Source: Planctomycetota bacterium (GTDB lineage Bacteria > Planctomycetota > Planctomycetia > Pirellulales > Pirellulaceae). From it: 64,000 bases of DNA. The stretch is from assembly GCA_963581185.1 (NCBI GenBank), contig CAUZOB010000001.1, forward strand, positions 14,826 through 78,825, given 5' to 3'. A program made the translations under genes and the position numbers. Positions 18,852 to 28,235 of this stretch are shown here, piece after piece (position 1 is the first letter of the stretch; every line of letters begins with the position of its first letter). Below the pieces are notes generated by a model. That model saw only the letters and a program-made list of their open reading frames with translations, made no database searches and was not told the origin of the DNA.

Positions 18852-20119
18852 GCCAGCAGCTCTTTGATCGGTTCGACCGCTGGATCACCGATCGGAATCT
18901 CACGACCGTCGATATCATGATTGGCAGTGGAGTCGATACCGAGTGCCTGCAGGTATGTATGGAAGAGGTGACCGCCGTGGACCTCGTGGTCCACCACTTC
19001 GGTCCCCTTGTCGTTGGTGGCACCAATCACCGCTCCGGTCTGAACGCCGCAGCCACCAAGTGCCATCGACCAGGCACTTCCCCAGTGATCGCGGCCATAA
19101 CGATGGTTGATCTTGGGGGTCCGGCCAAACTCGGAATAGACCATCACCAGCGTGCTCTCGAGCATGCCACTCTCCTCGAGATCACCCAGCAGGGTCGAGA
19201 AGGGTTGATCAAATTCACCCAGCTGTTCAACGTGAAAGTTGAAATTTTCGGCATGTGTATCGTAGCCATGGTGCGTGACCTTGACGCAGGTCGAACCCTC
19301 TTCCAGCAAGGTCCGGGCCATCAGGCAGTAGCGACCGAAATCGTGACGACCGTAACGGTCCAGCTGGTCTTCTGACTGCTTCTCAAACAAATCCTTGCGC
19401 GCCATCAACTGGGCTGCCTGGTTAAACGTCGCGTCGTAGGAATCGACCAGTGCCTTGGGGCGCCGTGAAGTGAATTGCTGATTCAGCTGGCTGCGGAAAT
19501 CGCGACGCCTGGAAAACTGCTGTTCACTCAGCTCCTGCTGACGGTCGAGGTTGTCCGGTGGGACGATGCCCTCGAGCCGCATTTGGGCGTAGCTGGATCC
19601 GAGGAAGCCAGCGGTATTGTCGGTCAGGCCGCGCGTTGAAATGTGGACGAAGCCGGGCAGGGGACTGTCGGTCGGTGCCAGGTACTTGTTCACCACCGAT
19701 CCGATATAAGGATAGGCACTCTCGCCCCGCCGACCCTTCTCCATGAACATGTGACCCTGGTGATGGTCGTCGGTGTTCAAGTTGATGCTGCGGACGACAG
19801 ATAGCAGGTGCATTTTCTGGGCAGTGTAAGGAAGCAGCTCGCAGATCCGCAGGCCCGGAACCGATGTCGGAATCGACTGGAAGGGACCGCCATACAGGGT
19901 CCCCGGCTTGGGATCCCAGGACTCCAGCTGGCTGACGCCGCCCTGCATGTAAATCTGCAGGATTCGCTTTTGGTCGGACTTCAGCGTGTCGGCCACCAGC
20001 TGGCTGGAGAAACCATCCAGTCCAGCCATTGCACCAGCTCCCAGGGCAGCTGTCCCAGCCAGAAAGTTTCGGCGCGAGTGGACATGATCCAGCGGATGAC
20101 AACCAGTATTCCGCTTCAT
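18848..20119 (-). CDS. DUF1501 domain protein (sulfatase/phosphatase-like fold, Tat signal)
   Basis: 423 aa with Tat-type N-terminus SRRNFLAGTAALGAGAMA. The characteristic C-terminal block is YSEFGRTPKINHRYGRDHWGSAWSMALGGCGVQTG. AGGAG lies 8 nt upstream of the ATG. Confidence 0.9.
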   Translation of the reverse strand: MKRNTGCHPLDHVHSRRNFLAGTAALGAGAMAGLDGFSSQLVADTLKSDQKRILQIYMQGGVSQLESWDPKPGTLYGGPFQSIPTSVPGLRICELLPYTAQKMHLLSVVRSINLNTDDHHQGHMFMEKGRRGESAYPYIGSVVNKYLAPTDSPLPGFVHISTRGLTDNTAGFLGSSYAQMRLEGIVPPDNLDRQQELSEQQFSRRRDFRSQLNQQFTSRRPKALVDSYDATFNQAAQLMARKDLFEKQSEDQLDRYGRHDFGRYCLMARTLLEEGSTCVKVTHHGYDTHAENFNFHVEQLGEFDQPFSTLLGDLEESGMLESTLVMVYSEFGRTPKINHRYGRDHWGSAWSMALGGCGVQTGAVIGATNDKGTEVVDHEVHGGHLFHTYLQALGIDSTANHDIDGREIPIGDPAVEPIKELLA

Positions 20120-20164
20120 TTGTAGTCTCCTGCAAGGTGAAAATGGCCGAGTCTGCTTGTCGCC

Positions 20165-21829
20165 CTAGTGATTAAATCGGAACTCGGCTGAACACAGTAT
20201 AGCCCGAGTTGCCTGGGCCAAGCCAGTTAAACGATCAGCAGCGAATGTATCCAGGAATTGAGCCATGGCCTGCCGCTCTTCGTCACGAGCTGGGCGCGAC
20301 AGGACAACCAGGTACAGAGTGCTAATTGCGTCGTCGTTGGAAGCGGTCGCGTTCAATTGATCCAGCAAGTTGCCGTTGGCTGGCTCAAGCCAGCTGCTGA
20401 GCAGCTCGTTGTTCTCCAGGAACAAGGCCTGCTTGGCCGTGGGGCCGAAGGCCGAATTGGCAGAAGCGAAGACGTCAATGTAAGTAGTAACATGACTCTC
20501 CAGGGCCTTGTGGACGGCACGTTCCAGTTGCAGTGCCTGGTCCGCCTGCGCGGGGTCAAAGCCCTCGTTGTCCGCCGTCAGCTTGGCAAGCTCTGCCTGC
20601 CTGGTCTGCTCGATCAAGCCAACCGCCTGCATAGTCGACCAGGCCAGCTGTTCAGGGGTCAGTGGCTTGAGCGCGGAGCTGAGGTACAGCTGGGCTGCCG
20701 GGTCGCTCGCGTCCGCAGCCACTTCGCTACTCAACTGGTAGGTCTTGCTGAGTACCAGCTGGCGGACCAGGTAGCGGATATCGTAGTCGTGGTCGCGGAG
20801 GTCGTTTGCCAGCAGGTCCAGTAACTCTGGATGGGAGGGCGGATTGTCGGCGTGCATCATGTCGAGCGGCTCCACAAGGCCGCGTCCCATCACCAGCGCC
20901 CAGAGCCTGTTAGCAATGTTCAACCGAAAAGCGGCGTTGTCATCGGCGATCATGGCCGGTGCCAGTTGCTGCCGGCGACTGTAACGCGGCACTCCGCGAG
21001 CCTTGTTGTCCGGCTTGGTCACGTACGGATCCTCGGCCGGCTTGGGATCCTCGATGGCTGGCAAATTAAGCAACTTCGGGACCGTGCTGTTCTCCTCGTT
21101 GGTGAAGACCGAGGTGAACTTCACGTCTCCTTCCGCTTTCTCACCGATCGAGGCCAGCTTGGAGTCCGGATCGGTGAACAGGTAGCTGCGTTTAATGAAG
21201 GCACTCAGGCCATAGTAATGCTGCTGAGGATAGTCGCCGATCGAGGGATGATCATGACATTGTGCACATTGCAGATCGCGGCCAAGGAAGAAACGGCCGA
21301 TGTCCCGTACCGTTTCGTCGACGTTGAGATTCCGGTCCAGCAGGAAGCGGGCCTGCCCTCGCGTGGCCTGCTCAGCACCGTCCGCTGATAACAACTCGCT
21401 CGCCAGCTGCTTCCAGGATTTATTCTGCAGGAAGGAACTGAACAGATAGTCCTGCCAGGCAGTCGGCTCGACATGTTTCTTCGGCAGCCGCTGCATCAAC
21501 ATCACGTCGAAAGTATGTTGCAAGCGAAGTGCATGCTGGGGAGTCGACAGCAGCTGATCGACCAGTTGTTCTCGCCGGTTGTCGGCGGGATTATTGAGGA
21601 ATTCCTGGACTGCAGGGTGAGTCGGAATTCGGCCGGTCAAGTCGAGGTAGAGTCGCCGAACAAACTCAGTGTCGCTGGCTGGCGCTGCTAGCGTGTCCGC
21701 CATCTCACCCTGGGTTGCACGCACCAGCTGGTCAATTCGCTGGTGCAGCGGCGGCAGGTCCTGGGCCGGCGCGGACTGTACCAGCAGCGCAGCGATAAGG
21801 AGACCGAGCAATGGCATGGAATTTTTCAT
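20165..21829 (-). CDS. DUF1549/DUF1553 domain protein (no N-terminal cytochrome domain)
   Basis: 554 aa with a signal peptide. It carries the signature FVRRLYLDLTGRIPT and CAQCHDHPSIGDYPQQHYYGLSAF. Its C-terminus ends ...AILCSAEFRFNH, typical of this family. It lies immediately upstream of a DUF1501 gene. Confidence 0.9.
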   Translation of the reverse strand: MKNSMPLLGLLIAALLVQSAPAQDLPPLHQRIDQLVRATQGEMADTLAAPASDTEFVRRLYLDLTGRIPTHPAVQEFLNNPADNRREQLVDQLLSTPQHALRLQHTFDVMLMQRLPKKHVEPTAWQDYLFSSFLQNKSWKQLASELLSADGAEQATRGQARFLLDRNLNVDETVRDIGRFFLGRDLQCAQCHDHPSIGDYPQQHYYGLSAFIKRSYLFTDPDSKLASIGEKAEGDVKFTSVFTNEENSTVPKLLNLPAIEDPKPAEDPYVTKPDNKARGVPRYSRRQQLAPAMIADDNAAFRLNIANRLWALVMGRGLVEPLDMMHADNPPSHPELLDLLANDLRDHDYDIRYLVRQLVLSKTYQLSSEVAADASDPAAQLYLSSALKPLTPEQLAWSTMQAVGLIEQTRQAELAKLTADNEGFDPAQADQALQLERAVHKALESHVTTYIDVFASANSAFGPTAKQALFLENNELLSSWLEPANGNLLDQLNATASNDDAISTLYLVVLSRPARDEERQAMAQFLDTFAADRLTGLAQATRAILCSAEFRFNH

Positions 21830-21981
21830 CTGTATGCTGACTGACGACCCGAGGGGAGACCGTTATGGAACATGACTATTTTAGCACGGTCTTGTTGGCT
21901 CAACCAATGCGTCTGGAATTCCACTATCATGAATAACTGCCCGCTCGCTCGCTTTCGTTCCTCCCGTTTACAAGGTGATTC

Positions 21982-23601
21982 ATGGCCATCCGCCATTCTT
22001 CCGTCGTTGCCCTGGTCGCTGTGCTGATTGTCCTGGCCGGAAACTGGACGCCCAATCCGGCTTATTCCCAGGCCATCACTGCCGACGTGCTGCTCACGGG
22101 TGGCACCATTCATGACGGCAGCGGCAAGCCACCGCAGGTTGGAGATGTTGCCGTCCTCGATGGCAAGATTGTGGCGGTGGGAGAGTTTGAGCTGGAGAGT
22201 GCCGAGCTGGTGATTCCCTGCCAGGGGCTGATTATTACACCGGGCTTTATCGACCTGCACAATCACAGCGATTCGGTGATAATTCGCAGCGGCACGCGGG
22301 CCAATATGAACTTTGTCCTGCAGGGCTGCACCACGATTGTGACGGGGAATTGTGGCGCAGGACCGATTGATGTGCAGGCTTACTATGAAGAGATAGACAA
22401 GGCGGGAGCGGGTACGAATGTGGTGCACCTGTTGCCGCAGGGGAACCTGCGTCGAGAGGTGATCGGCAATGTCCGTCGGCCGGCCACGATGGATGAACTG
22501 GAAGAAATGCAGAAACTGGCTGCCAAGGCCATGCAGGACGGCGCCTGGGGTATGTCGACGGGACTCATTTATGTCCCCAGCTCCTACGCGGATACCGACG
22601 AGTTGATTGCCATTGCAGGCGTGATTGCAGAACATGGCGGGATCTATGCCAGCCATATCCGCGGCGAAGGTTCCGGCTTGCTGGACTCGGTAAACGAGGC
22701 GATGGCGATTGGCAAAGGAGCGAAGCTGCCGGTTCACGTCTCCCACTTTAAATCCTCAGGCCGCGACAACTGGGGACTCGTACGAGTGGCAGTCGACCTG
22801 ATCGGCAAGGCGCGGGCCGAGGGTCAGCAGGTGACGGCCGACCAGTATCCTTACCGGGCCTCCAGTACCTCGCTGGATGCGACCCTGCTGCCCTCTCGCA
22901 TGCGCAGTGGCGGGCGAGAGGCAATGATCAAGCGGCTCGATGACGCCGAGCAGGGTGAGGCGATGGTGGCGGCTATCAAGCGCAGCCTGGATAAACGCGA
23001 TGGGGGTGAGTCGATTCGCATCGCGCGCTATGCACCCGGGAAAGAATGGGTCGGCAAGAACCTGGTGCAGATTGCAGAATTGGAAAGCAAGACGTCGCTG
23101 CAGATTGCCCTCGAGATTATTCGTGGCGGTGGTGCGGCGATCGTCAACTTCAGCATGGATGAGGAAGATGTCCGCTATGTGATGCGCGTCCCCTGGGTGG
23201 CCACAGCGTCGGACGGGCGGGCCTACCAGCCAGGTGCGGATCGACCCCATCCTCGCAATTATGGAACCTTTCCCCGCAAAATCGGCTACTACGGATACAA
23301 GCAGGGGAACCTCTCGCCGGAACAGGCGATTCGCAGCGCCACCGGCCTGCCGGCAGATATCCTGCAGATGACAGACCGCGGATATATCAAGGTTGGGCAG
23401 TTTGCCGACCTGGCAGTCTTCGATGCAGAGGAATTAATCGATGCGGCAACCTTTGATGATCCCCATCAGTATTCCCAGGGCATGCGCTATGTACTGGTCA
23501 ACGGCGTGCTGACCGTCTATCGCGGCACCGCAACCGGGGCCCTGGCCGGCAAGGCCCTGCGCTTCGCTGCCAGCAAAAAGCCAGCCGATGACCAGCGCTA
23601 G
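21982..23601 (+). CDS. D-aminoacylase (N-acyl-D-amino-acid deacylase), second paralogue, secreted
   Basis: 539 aa with a signal peptide. It shows ADVLLTGGTIHDGSG...GDVAVLDGKIVAVG and the metal motif PGFIDLHNHSD. The C-terminal block is ADLAVFDAEELIDAATFDDPHQYSQGMRYVLVNG. The layout is collinear with 9538..11193. Confidence 0.88.
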   Translation: MAIRHSSVVALVAVLIVLAGNWTPNPAYSQAITADVLLTGGTIHDGSGKPPQVGDVAVLDGKIVAVGEFELESAELVIPCQGLIITPGFIDLHNHSDSVIIRSGTRANMNFVLQGCTTIVTGNCGAGPIDVQAYYEEIDKAGAGTNVVHLLPQGNLRREVIGNVRRPATMDELEEMQKLAAKAMQDGAWGMSTGLIYVPSSYADTDELIAIAGVIAEHGGIYASHIRGEGSGLLDSVNEAMAIGKGAKLPVHVSHFKSSGRDNWGLVRVAVDLIGKARAEGQQVTADQYPYRASSTSLDATLLPSRMRSGGREAMIKRLDDAEQGEAMVAAIKRSLDKRDGGESIRIARYAPGKEWVGKNLVQIAELESKTSLQIALEIIRGGGAAIVNFSMDEEDVRYVMRVPWVATASDGRAYQPGADRPHPRNYGTFPRKIGYYGYKQGNLSPEQAIRSATGLPADILQMTDRGYIKVGQFADLAVFDAEELIDAATFDDPHQYSQGMRYVLVNGVLTVYRGTATGALAGKALRFAASKKPADDQR

Positions 23602-23651
23602 CCGGTATCGGTGGGGCTTGATAGTGCTCATTCCGGTTCAGCCATCAACCA

Positions 23652-25145
23652 CTAGCGTATCGACTTGGGTACCGCCTGGCCCTTGGGAATCAGGCTGGAG
23701 TACTCCTTCTCCTGCATGCGATCGTCAAAGTCCGCCTGCGCTGCGACGATCGTCTGGGGATCTTCCAGCAGGTCAATGATTGTGACCGCCAGTACCTTGG
23801 AGGCATAGACAATCCCCTTTTCCCCGATCGTCGATCCGATTGCCGCCACGTTTTGCCAGCTATGGCCAGGACTCTTGGCGACCATGCAGGAGGTGCGGAT
23901 TCCGCTTGTTGGCACGTGCCAGCTGATGTCACCCACATCGGTCGAACCCTTGCCCGCTGCTGGTGCCAGCGGCGTCTCATGGATTGACTCGTCGATTGCC
24001 AGCGGAAACTCGGTACCGAACTGCTCGACCAGTGGAGCCTGCAGGCGCCGGGCAAACAGCTTCTCCTCGTCATTAAAAGTTGGTGCTCCGACCTGCCGCA
24101 GGTTCTTCTCCAGCAACTGGGCCAGCGGCATGTTCGGGATCAACTCGTGGCAATCGGTGTCGATTGTGACGGTCATTGTGGTTTGCGTCATCAGGGCAGC
24201 GCCGCGGGCGATATCCTGCAGCCAGCGAAAGTTGAATTCCACATCCTTGTGGTCATCGGCGCGGCAAAAATACCAGACCGTGGCGGTCGGGGGGACCACG
24301 TTCGGCGCGCCGCCGCCGTCGATGATGACATAGTGCAGGCGGGCATCTTCCTTGATGTGTTCGCGCATGAAGTTGGCACCAATGTTCATCAGCTCCACTC
24401 CATCCAGCCCGCTGCGTCCAGTCTCGGGATTTCCGGACGCGTGTGCCGGCACGCCGGCAAAAGTGAACTTGGCCGATACAAGTGCCTTGCTGCTACCGGC
24501 AATCGCCTCGTTCCTGGAACTCGGATGCCAGTGCAGGCAGACGTCGAGATCGTTAAATTGACCATCGAGCGTCATGTAGACCTTGCCGATCACGGTCTCT
24601 TCGGCCGGAGTACCATACAGGCGCAGTGTGCCGGGGATGCCATGTTTTTCCATTGCTGCCTTGGCAGCCAATGCCGCTCCAAGTGCTCCCGTGCCAAGCC
24701 CGCTGTGTCCGCAGGCGTGCCCCGCGGCTCCTGGCTCGAGGGGGATCCGCTGCGGTGCTATCCGCTGGGACATGCCGGGCAGGGCATCGTATTCGGCCAG
24801 GATGCCAATCACCGGTTTCCCTGAACCAAAACTGGCAACAAAAGCGGTCGGCATATCAGAGATCCCGACTTTGACCTCAAAGCCATTCTCCTTGAGCTTG
24901 CTTACCAGCAGCTCGCTGGAGCGGGTTTCCATCAATCCGACCTCGGCAAATTGCCAGATCGATTTATTCACCAGCTTGAGTTCGTCGCTGCGCTGCTCAA
25001 CGTCGGCGATGGCCGTCTGCTGGCTGGGACGTAACTGGGCCTGGCAGGTTTCGCTGACCAGACTGCTGGCCAGCCAGGCCGCCAGGGCGATGGCGGGGAC
25101 GTGGCGAAAGCAGGATTGACGGATGGTGGTGGCGCGCTGGTACAC
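23652..25145 (-). CDS. M20-family amidohydrolase (aminobenzoyl-glutamate utilisation protein B-like)
   Basis: Motifs are GKPVIGILAEYDALPGMSQ and GHACGHSGLGTGALGAALAAK. The start is uncertain. I prefer GTG 25145 (VYQRATTIRQSCFRHVPAIALAAWLASS, signal-like) with AGGAG 7 nt upstream, over the track's TTG at 25232. Confidence 0.8.
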   Translation of the reverse strand: MYQRATTIRQSCFRHVPAIALAAWLASSLVSETCQAQLRPSQQTAIADVEQRSDELKLVNKSIWQFAEVGLMETRSSELLVSKLKENGFEVKVGISDMPTAFVASFGSGKPVIGILAEYDALPGMSQRIAPQRIPLEPGAAGHACGHSGLGTGALGAALAAKAAMEKHGIPGTLRLYGTPAEETVIGKVYMTLDGQFNDLDVCLHWHPSSRNEAIAGSSKALVSAKFTFAGVPAHASGNPETGRSGLDGVELMNIGANFMREHIKEDARLHYVIIDGGGAPNVVPPTATVWYFCRADDHKDVEFNFRWLQDIARGAALMTQTTMTVTIDTDCHELIPNMPLAQLLEKNLRQVGAPTFNDEEKLFARRLQAPLVEQFGTEFPLAIDESIHETPLAPAAGKGSTDVGDISWHVPTSGIRTSCMVAKSPGHSWQNVAAIGSTIGEKGIVYASKVLAVTIIDLLEDPQTIVAAQADFDDRMQEKEYSSLIPKGQAVPKSIR

Positions 25146-25358
25146 GGTGGCACTCCTGGGCAGAGACGGGATTAGTAATCCGGGACATGGATGAACGGTT
25201 GATAAGCTATGCGACGGACAGTGGGCCTGCAAATCCCAGCCTGACTCTCCAGCCAGAGCGAGTGGCCGGTTGCCGCATTATTTGATGTTCCTGCTTGCAT
25301 CCGGAGCGGTCAGGTCTTCTACTCCCAGCATCCCAATACCTGAAAGGCCAGCGACATC

Positions 25359-26807
25359 ATGAAACTTCGCATACGGGTTCTCTCATCGGCTTTGCTTGGA
25401 CTACTCTCTGTCGCCATACCACTTGCCGGTCAACAGCCTCGTTTTACACGGGCCAATGAAGAGCTGGGAATCGAGGGTCTCGGCGGTGGGGCAGCTGCCT
25501 GGGTCGACTTTGATAATGACGGATGGGTCGACCTCTACAGCGGCCGGCTCTGGAAGAATAACGAGGGGAAAAAGTTCACGCTGGTGGAAGCTCCGGCCGT
25601 GAGCAGCGATGGCACATGGGCCGACATCGACAACGACGGTGATGCCGACTTCTTCAGCTGGAGTGGTGCTGGAAAACTGGTGCTCAATCTGGGCGACAAG
25701 GGTTTTCAGGATATCAGCGACAATCTGCCTGACCTGCCAACCAAGGTCAGTCTGGGTGCTGTCTGGGGCGATTTTAATGGTGACGGTTTCGTCGACCTCT
25801 ACGTCGGTGGATACGAGAGTCCCAGCTACCTGACCGACGTGATGTACTTCAACAATGGCGACACGACGTTCAAAGAAGTCTGGCGGACCGTGGGGACCAC
25901 CAAGCCGGCGCGTGGGATTACCACCGCCGACTATGACGAGGATGGCGACCTGGACATTTACGTCTCCAATTATCGACTGGTTGGCAACATCCTCTGGCAG
26001 AACAACGGCAAGGGGGAATTTACGGACGTTGCAGTGGCGACCGGGACGGATGGTGATGGGGGCCTGGGTGCCTGGGGTCACACGATCGGGTCCTGCTGGG
26101 GTGACCTCGATAGCGATGGTCATATCGACCTGTTCGTCGGCAACTTCAGCCATCCACCGGCCTACCAGGATCGACCCAAGTTTCTGCGCAACCTGGGGCC
26201 GGCGATGGGATTCAAATTTGCTGATCTGAGTGCCAATGCGGGACTTGCCTGGCAGGAGTCTTTCGCCTCACCCGCCCTGGGCGATTATGACAATGACGGC
26301 CTGCTGGATCTTTACTTCACAACGGTCTATGCCGTTGGCAGTGGTGGCATCCGCAATTACCCGGTGCTCTACCGGAACAGCGGCGAGTGGAAGTTTGCCA
26401 ACGTCACCGCGGCAGAAGGTATTCCCAACCTGGCTCCAACTTACCAGGCAGCCTGGGCTGACTATGACAACGACGGCGACCTGGACCTGGTCAGCGCCGG
26501 ACGCCTGATGCGTAACGACGGCGCGGTGGGCAACTGGCTCAAGGTTCGCCTGCTGGGTGGCGACGGCATCGATCAATGGGCGATCGGTTCCCAGGTCCGC
26601 GTCCAGCTGGGCACGCGGGTGATCACCCGCCAGGTTGCTACAGCAACCGGGCAAGGGAACCAAAATCAGCGAACCTTGCATTTTGGACTGGGGGAGCATA
26701 CTGGCCCTGTCTCTATCCAGGTGCGATGGAGCGACAATCGCGAGCTCAAGCTCGAAGAGATGCCGGGCAAGCTGATCGTGGTCAAGCGTTCAGATCAGAC
26801 AAAGTGA
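25359..26807 (+). CDS. CRTAC1-family FG-GAP/VCBS repeat protein with ASPIC/UnbV C-terminal domain, secreted
   Basis: 482 aa with a signal peptide. FG-GAP calcium-loop repeats recur (VDFDNDGWVDLY, ADIDNDGDADFF, GDFNGDGFVDLYVG, ADYDEDGDLDIYV, GDLDSDGHIDLFVG, GDYDNDGLLDLYF, ADYDNDGDLDLV). The ASPIC-like end reads GNWLKVRLLG...QVRVQLG...GQGNQNQRTLHFGLG. Confidence 0.85.
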   Translation: MKLRIRVLSSALLGLLSVAIPLAGQQPRFTRANEELGIEGLGGGAAAWVDFDNDGWVDLYSGRLWKNNEGKKFTLVEAPAVSSDGTWADIDNDGDADFFSWSGAGKLVLNLGDKGFQDISDNLPDLPTKVSLGAVWGDFNGDGFVDLYVGGYESPSYLTDVMYFNNGDTTFKEVWRTVGTTKPARGITTADYDEDGDLDIYVSNYRLVGNILWQNNGKGEFTDVAVATGTDGDGGLGAWGHTIGSCWGDLDSDGHIDLFVGNFSHPPAYQDRPKFLRNLGPAMGFKFADLSANAGLAWQESFASPALGDYDNDGLLDLYFTTVYAVGSGGIRNYPVLYRNSGEWKFANVTAAEGIPNLAPTYQAAWADYDNDGDLDLVSAGRLMRNDGAVGNWLKVRLLGGDGIDQWAIGSQVRVQLGTRVITRQVATATGQGNQNQRTLHFGLGEHTGPVSIQVRWSDNRELKLEEMPGKLIVVKRSDQTK

Positions 26808-26843
26808 TTTCGGTAGCAGGACTCCAGGGGAGCACCGTGTTTG

Positions 26844-28235
26844 ATGGTCAGTGTTTTTCATTTCGGCGCGGTTGGCGATGGCCAGGCAGATGACACCGAG
26901 GCCCTGCAGCATGCCCTCGACGCTGGCGACGGTGTGCTGGAATTGGACAAGGGAACGTACCGGATTCGTCGTACGCTGGTGATCGACCTGACCAGGCAGG
27001 GCTACGGAGCAGTCCTCGGTCGCGGCGGTACTTCCCGGATTGTGATGGACGGACCGGGCCCGGCAATCGAGATCATTGGCGACCACCAGGGGACGGCGCA
27101 GCCCGGGTCCTACAAGGATCAGACCTGGGAGAAAGAGCGGTTTCCCACTGTCCAGGATGTGGAGATCCTCGGTCAGCATCCGCAGGCCGTCGGAATCGTG
27201 CTCCGTAAGACCACCAAGTGCGTGATCTCGCGCGTGCTGGTGCGAGAATGCCTGCATGGAATCCAGCTGGTCGAACGAAACCGGGACTTCATCCTCTCCG
27301 ACTCCCACCTGCTCAATAACCATGCGCACGGCCTGTTCTTCGACCGCTGCAACTTGCACCAGATCATTGTGCACGGCAACCATATCAGCTGGAACAAGAA
27401 GTCTGGTATCAAGTCACTTGACGGCGATGTACACAACCTGCAGATCACCGGCAACGACATCGAGTACAACAACAGCCCGGGCCTGGATGAATCGCCGCAG
27501 GGCGAACCGACCGGTGCCGAGATCTGGTTCGAGGCCACCGCTGGTGTGATCAGCGAGGTCACGATTGCCAGCAACACGATCCAGGCAACGGTTCAGCCCG
27601 GCGGTGCCAACGTTCGCATCTGGGGCAGCCCGGATGCCAGCCTCGAATCGAACCGCTTGATTGCCATCACCGGCAACGTGCTTGGCAGCCAGTCGCGAGG
27701 GATTGAACTGAAGCATGGCAAGCGGATCACAATCACTGGCAACACGATTTACGACTCGGCTGAGCTCTCGATCGTGATGGAAGATTGTGGTGGTTTTGCA
27801 ATTGCCGGCAACACGCTTGTCTGGCGCAGTGATGCCGATGCACCGCAGAGGGACGGAATCAAGCTGGTGCGGTGCAGTGCCGGTACTTTGACCGGACTGC
27901 AGTCCGAGCATCTTTGTTACGGGACCCCCGAGCGGGGTGCTGGAGTGACGCTTGAGCAATGCCACGACATAACCATCGGCCACTGCCAGATTCTCGACCC
28001 GCAGGTGCGGGGTATCGAGTTGCTTGACTGTGTTCGCTGCCAGCTCTCGGCCAACTCTATCATCGACCGTCGCGATCCACCCAGCATGCTGCAGGCAATT
28101 CGGTTACTCGGTGACTGCCGCGACAACCTGCTTCACAACAACATGCTAGGCGGCGCAGTGGACCAGGCGATCGTGCTCGCCGACGGTGCAGCGACGGTCA
28201 GAGGGAATCTTGACCTGGATCATCCGGCTGACTGA
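26844..28235 (+). CDS. Right-handed parallel beta-helix repeat protein (pectate-lyase-superfamily N-terminus)
   Basis: ATG 26844. The N-terminus is VFHFGAVGDGQADDTEALQHALDAGDGVLELDKGTYRI. Repeated ~22-aa beta-helix turns follow (HGNHISWN, ITGNDIEYN, IASNTIQ, ITGNVLG, ITGNTIY, IAGNTLV). No signal peptide is seen. Confidence 0.75.
   Translation: MVSVFHFGAVGDGQADDTEALQHALDAGDGVLELDKGTYRIRRTLVIDLTRQGYGAVLGRGGTSRIVMDGPGPAIEIIGDHQGTAQPGSYKDQTWEKERFPTVQDVEILGQHPQAVGIVLRKTTKCVISRVLVRECLHGIQLVERNRDFILSDSHLLNNHAHGLFFDRCNLHQIIVHGNHISWNKKSGIKSLDGDVHNLQITGNDIEYNNSPGLDESPQGEPTGAEIWFEATAGVISEVTIASNTIQATVQPGGANVRIWGSPDASLESNRLIAITGNVLGSQSRGIELKHGKRITITGNTIYDSAELSIVMEDCGGFAIAGNTLVWRSDADAPQRDGIKLVRCSAGTLTGLQSEHLCYGTPERGAGVTLEQCHDITIGHCQILDPQVRGIELLDCVRCQLSANSIIDRRDPPSMLQAIRLLGDCRDNLLHNNMLGGAVDQAIVLADGAATVRGNLDLDHPAD

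Noticed and set aside
21826-22746. 306-aa minus-strand ORF overlapping the start of the second D-aminoacylase gene
   Set aside because: It is antisense to a gene with clear family motifs. The translation is Arg/His/Gly-rich with no recognisable domain, which is typical of shadow ORFs in GC-rich DNA.
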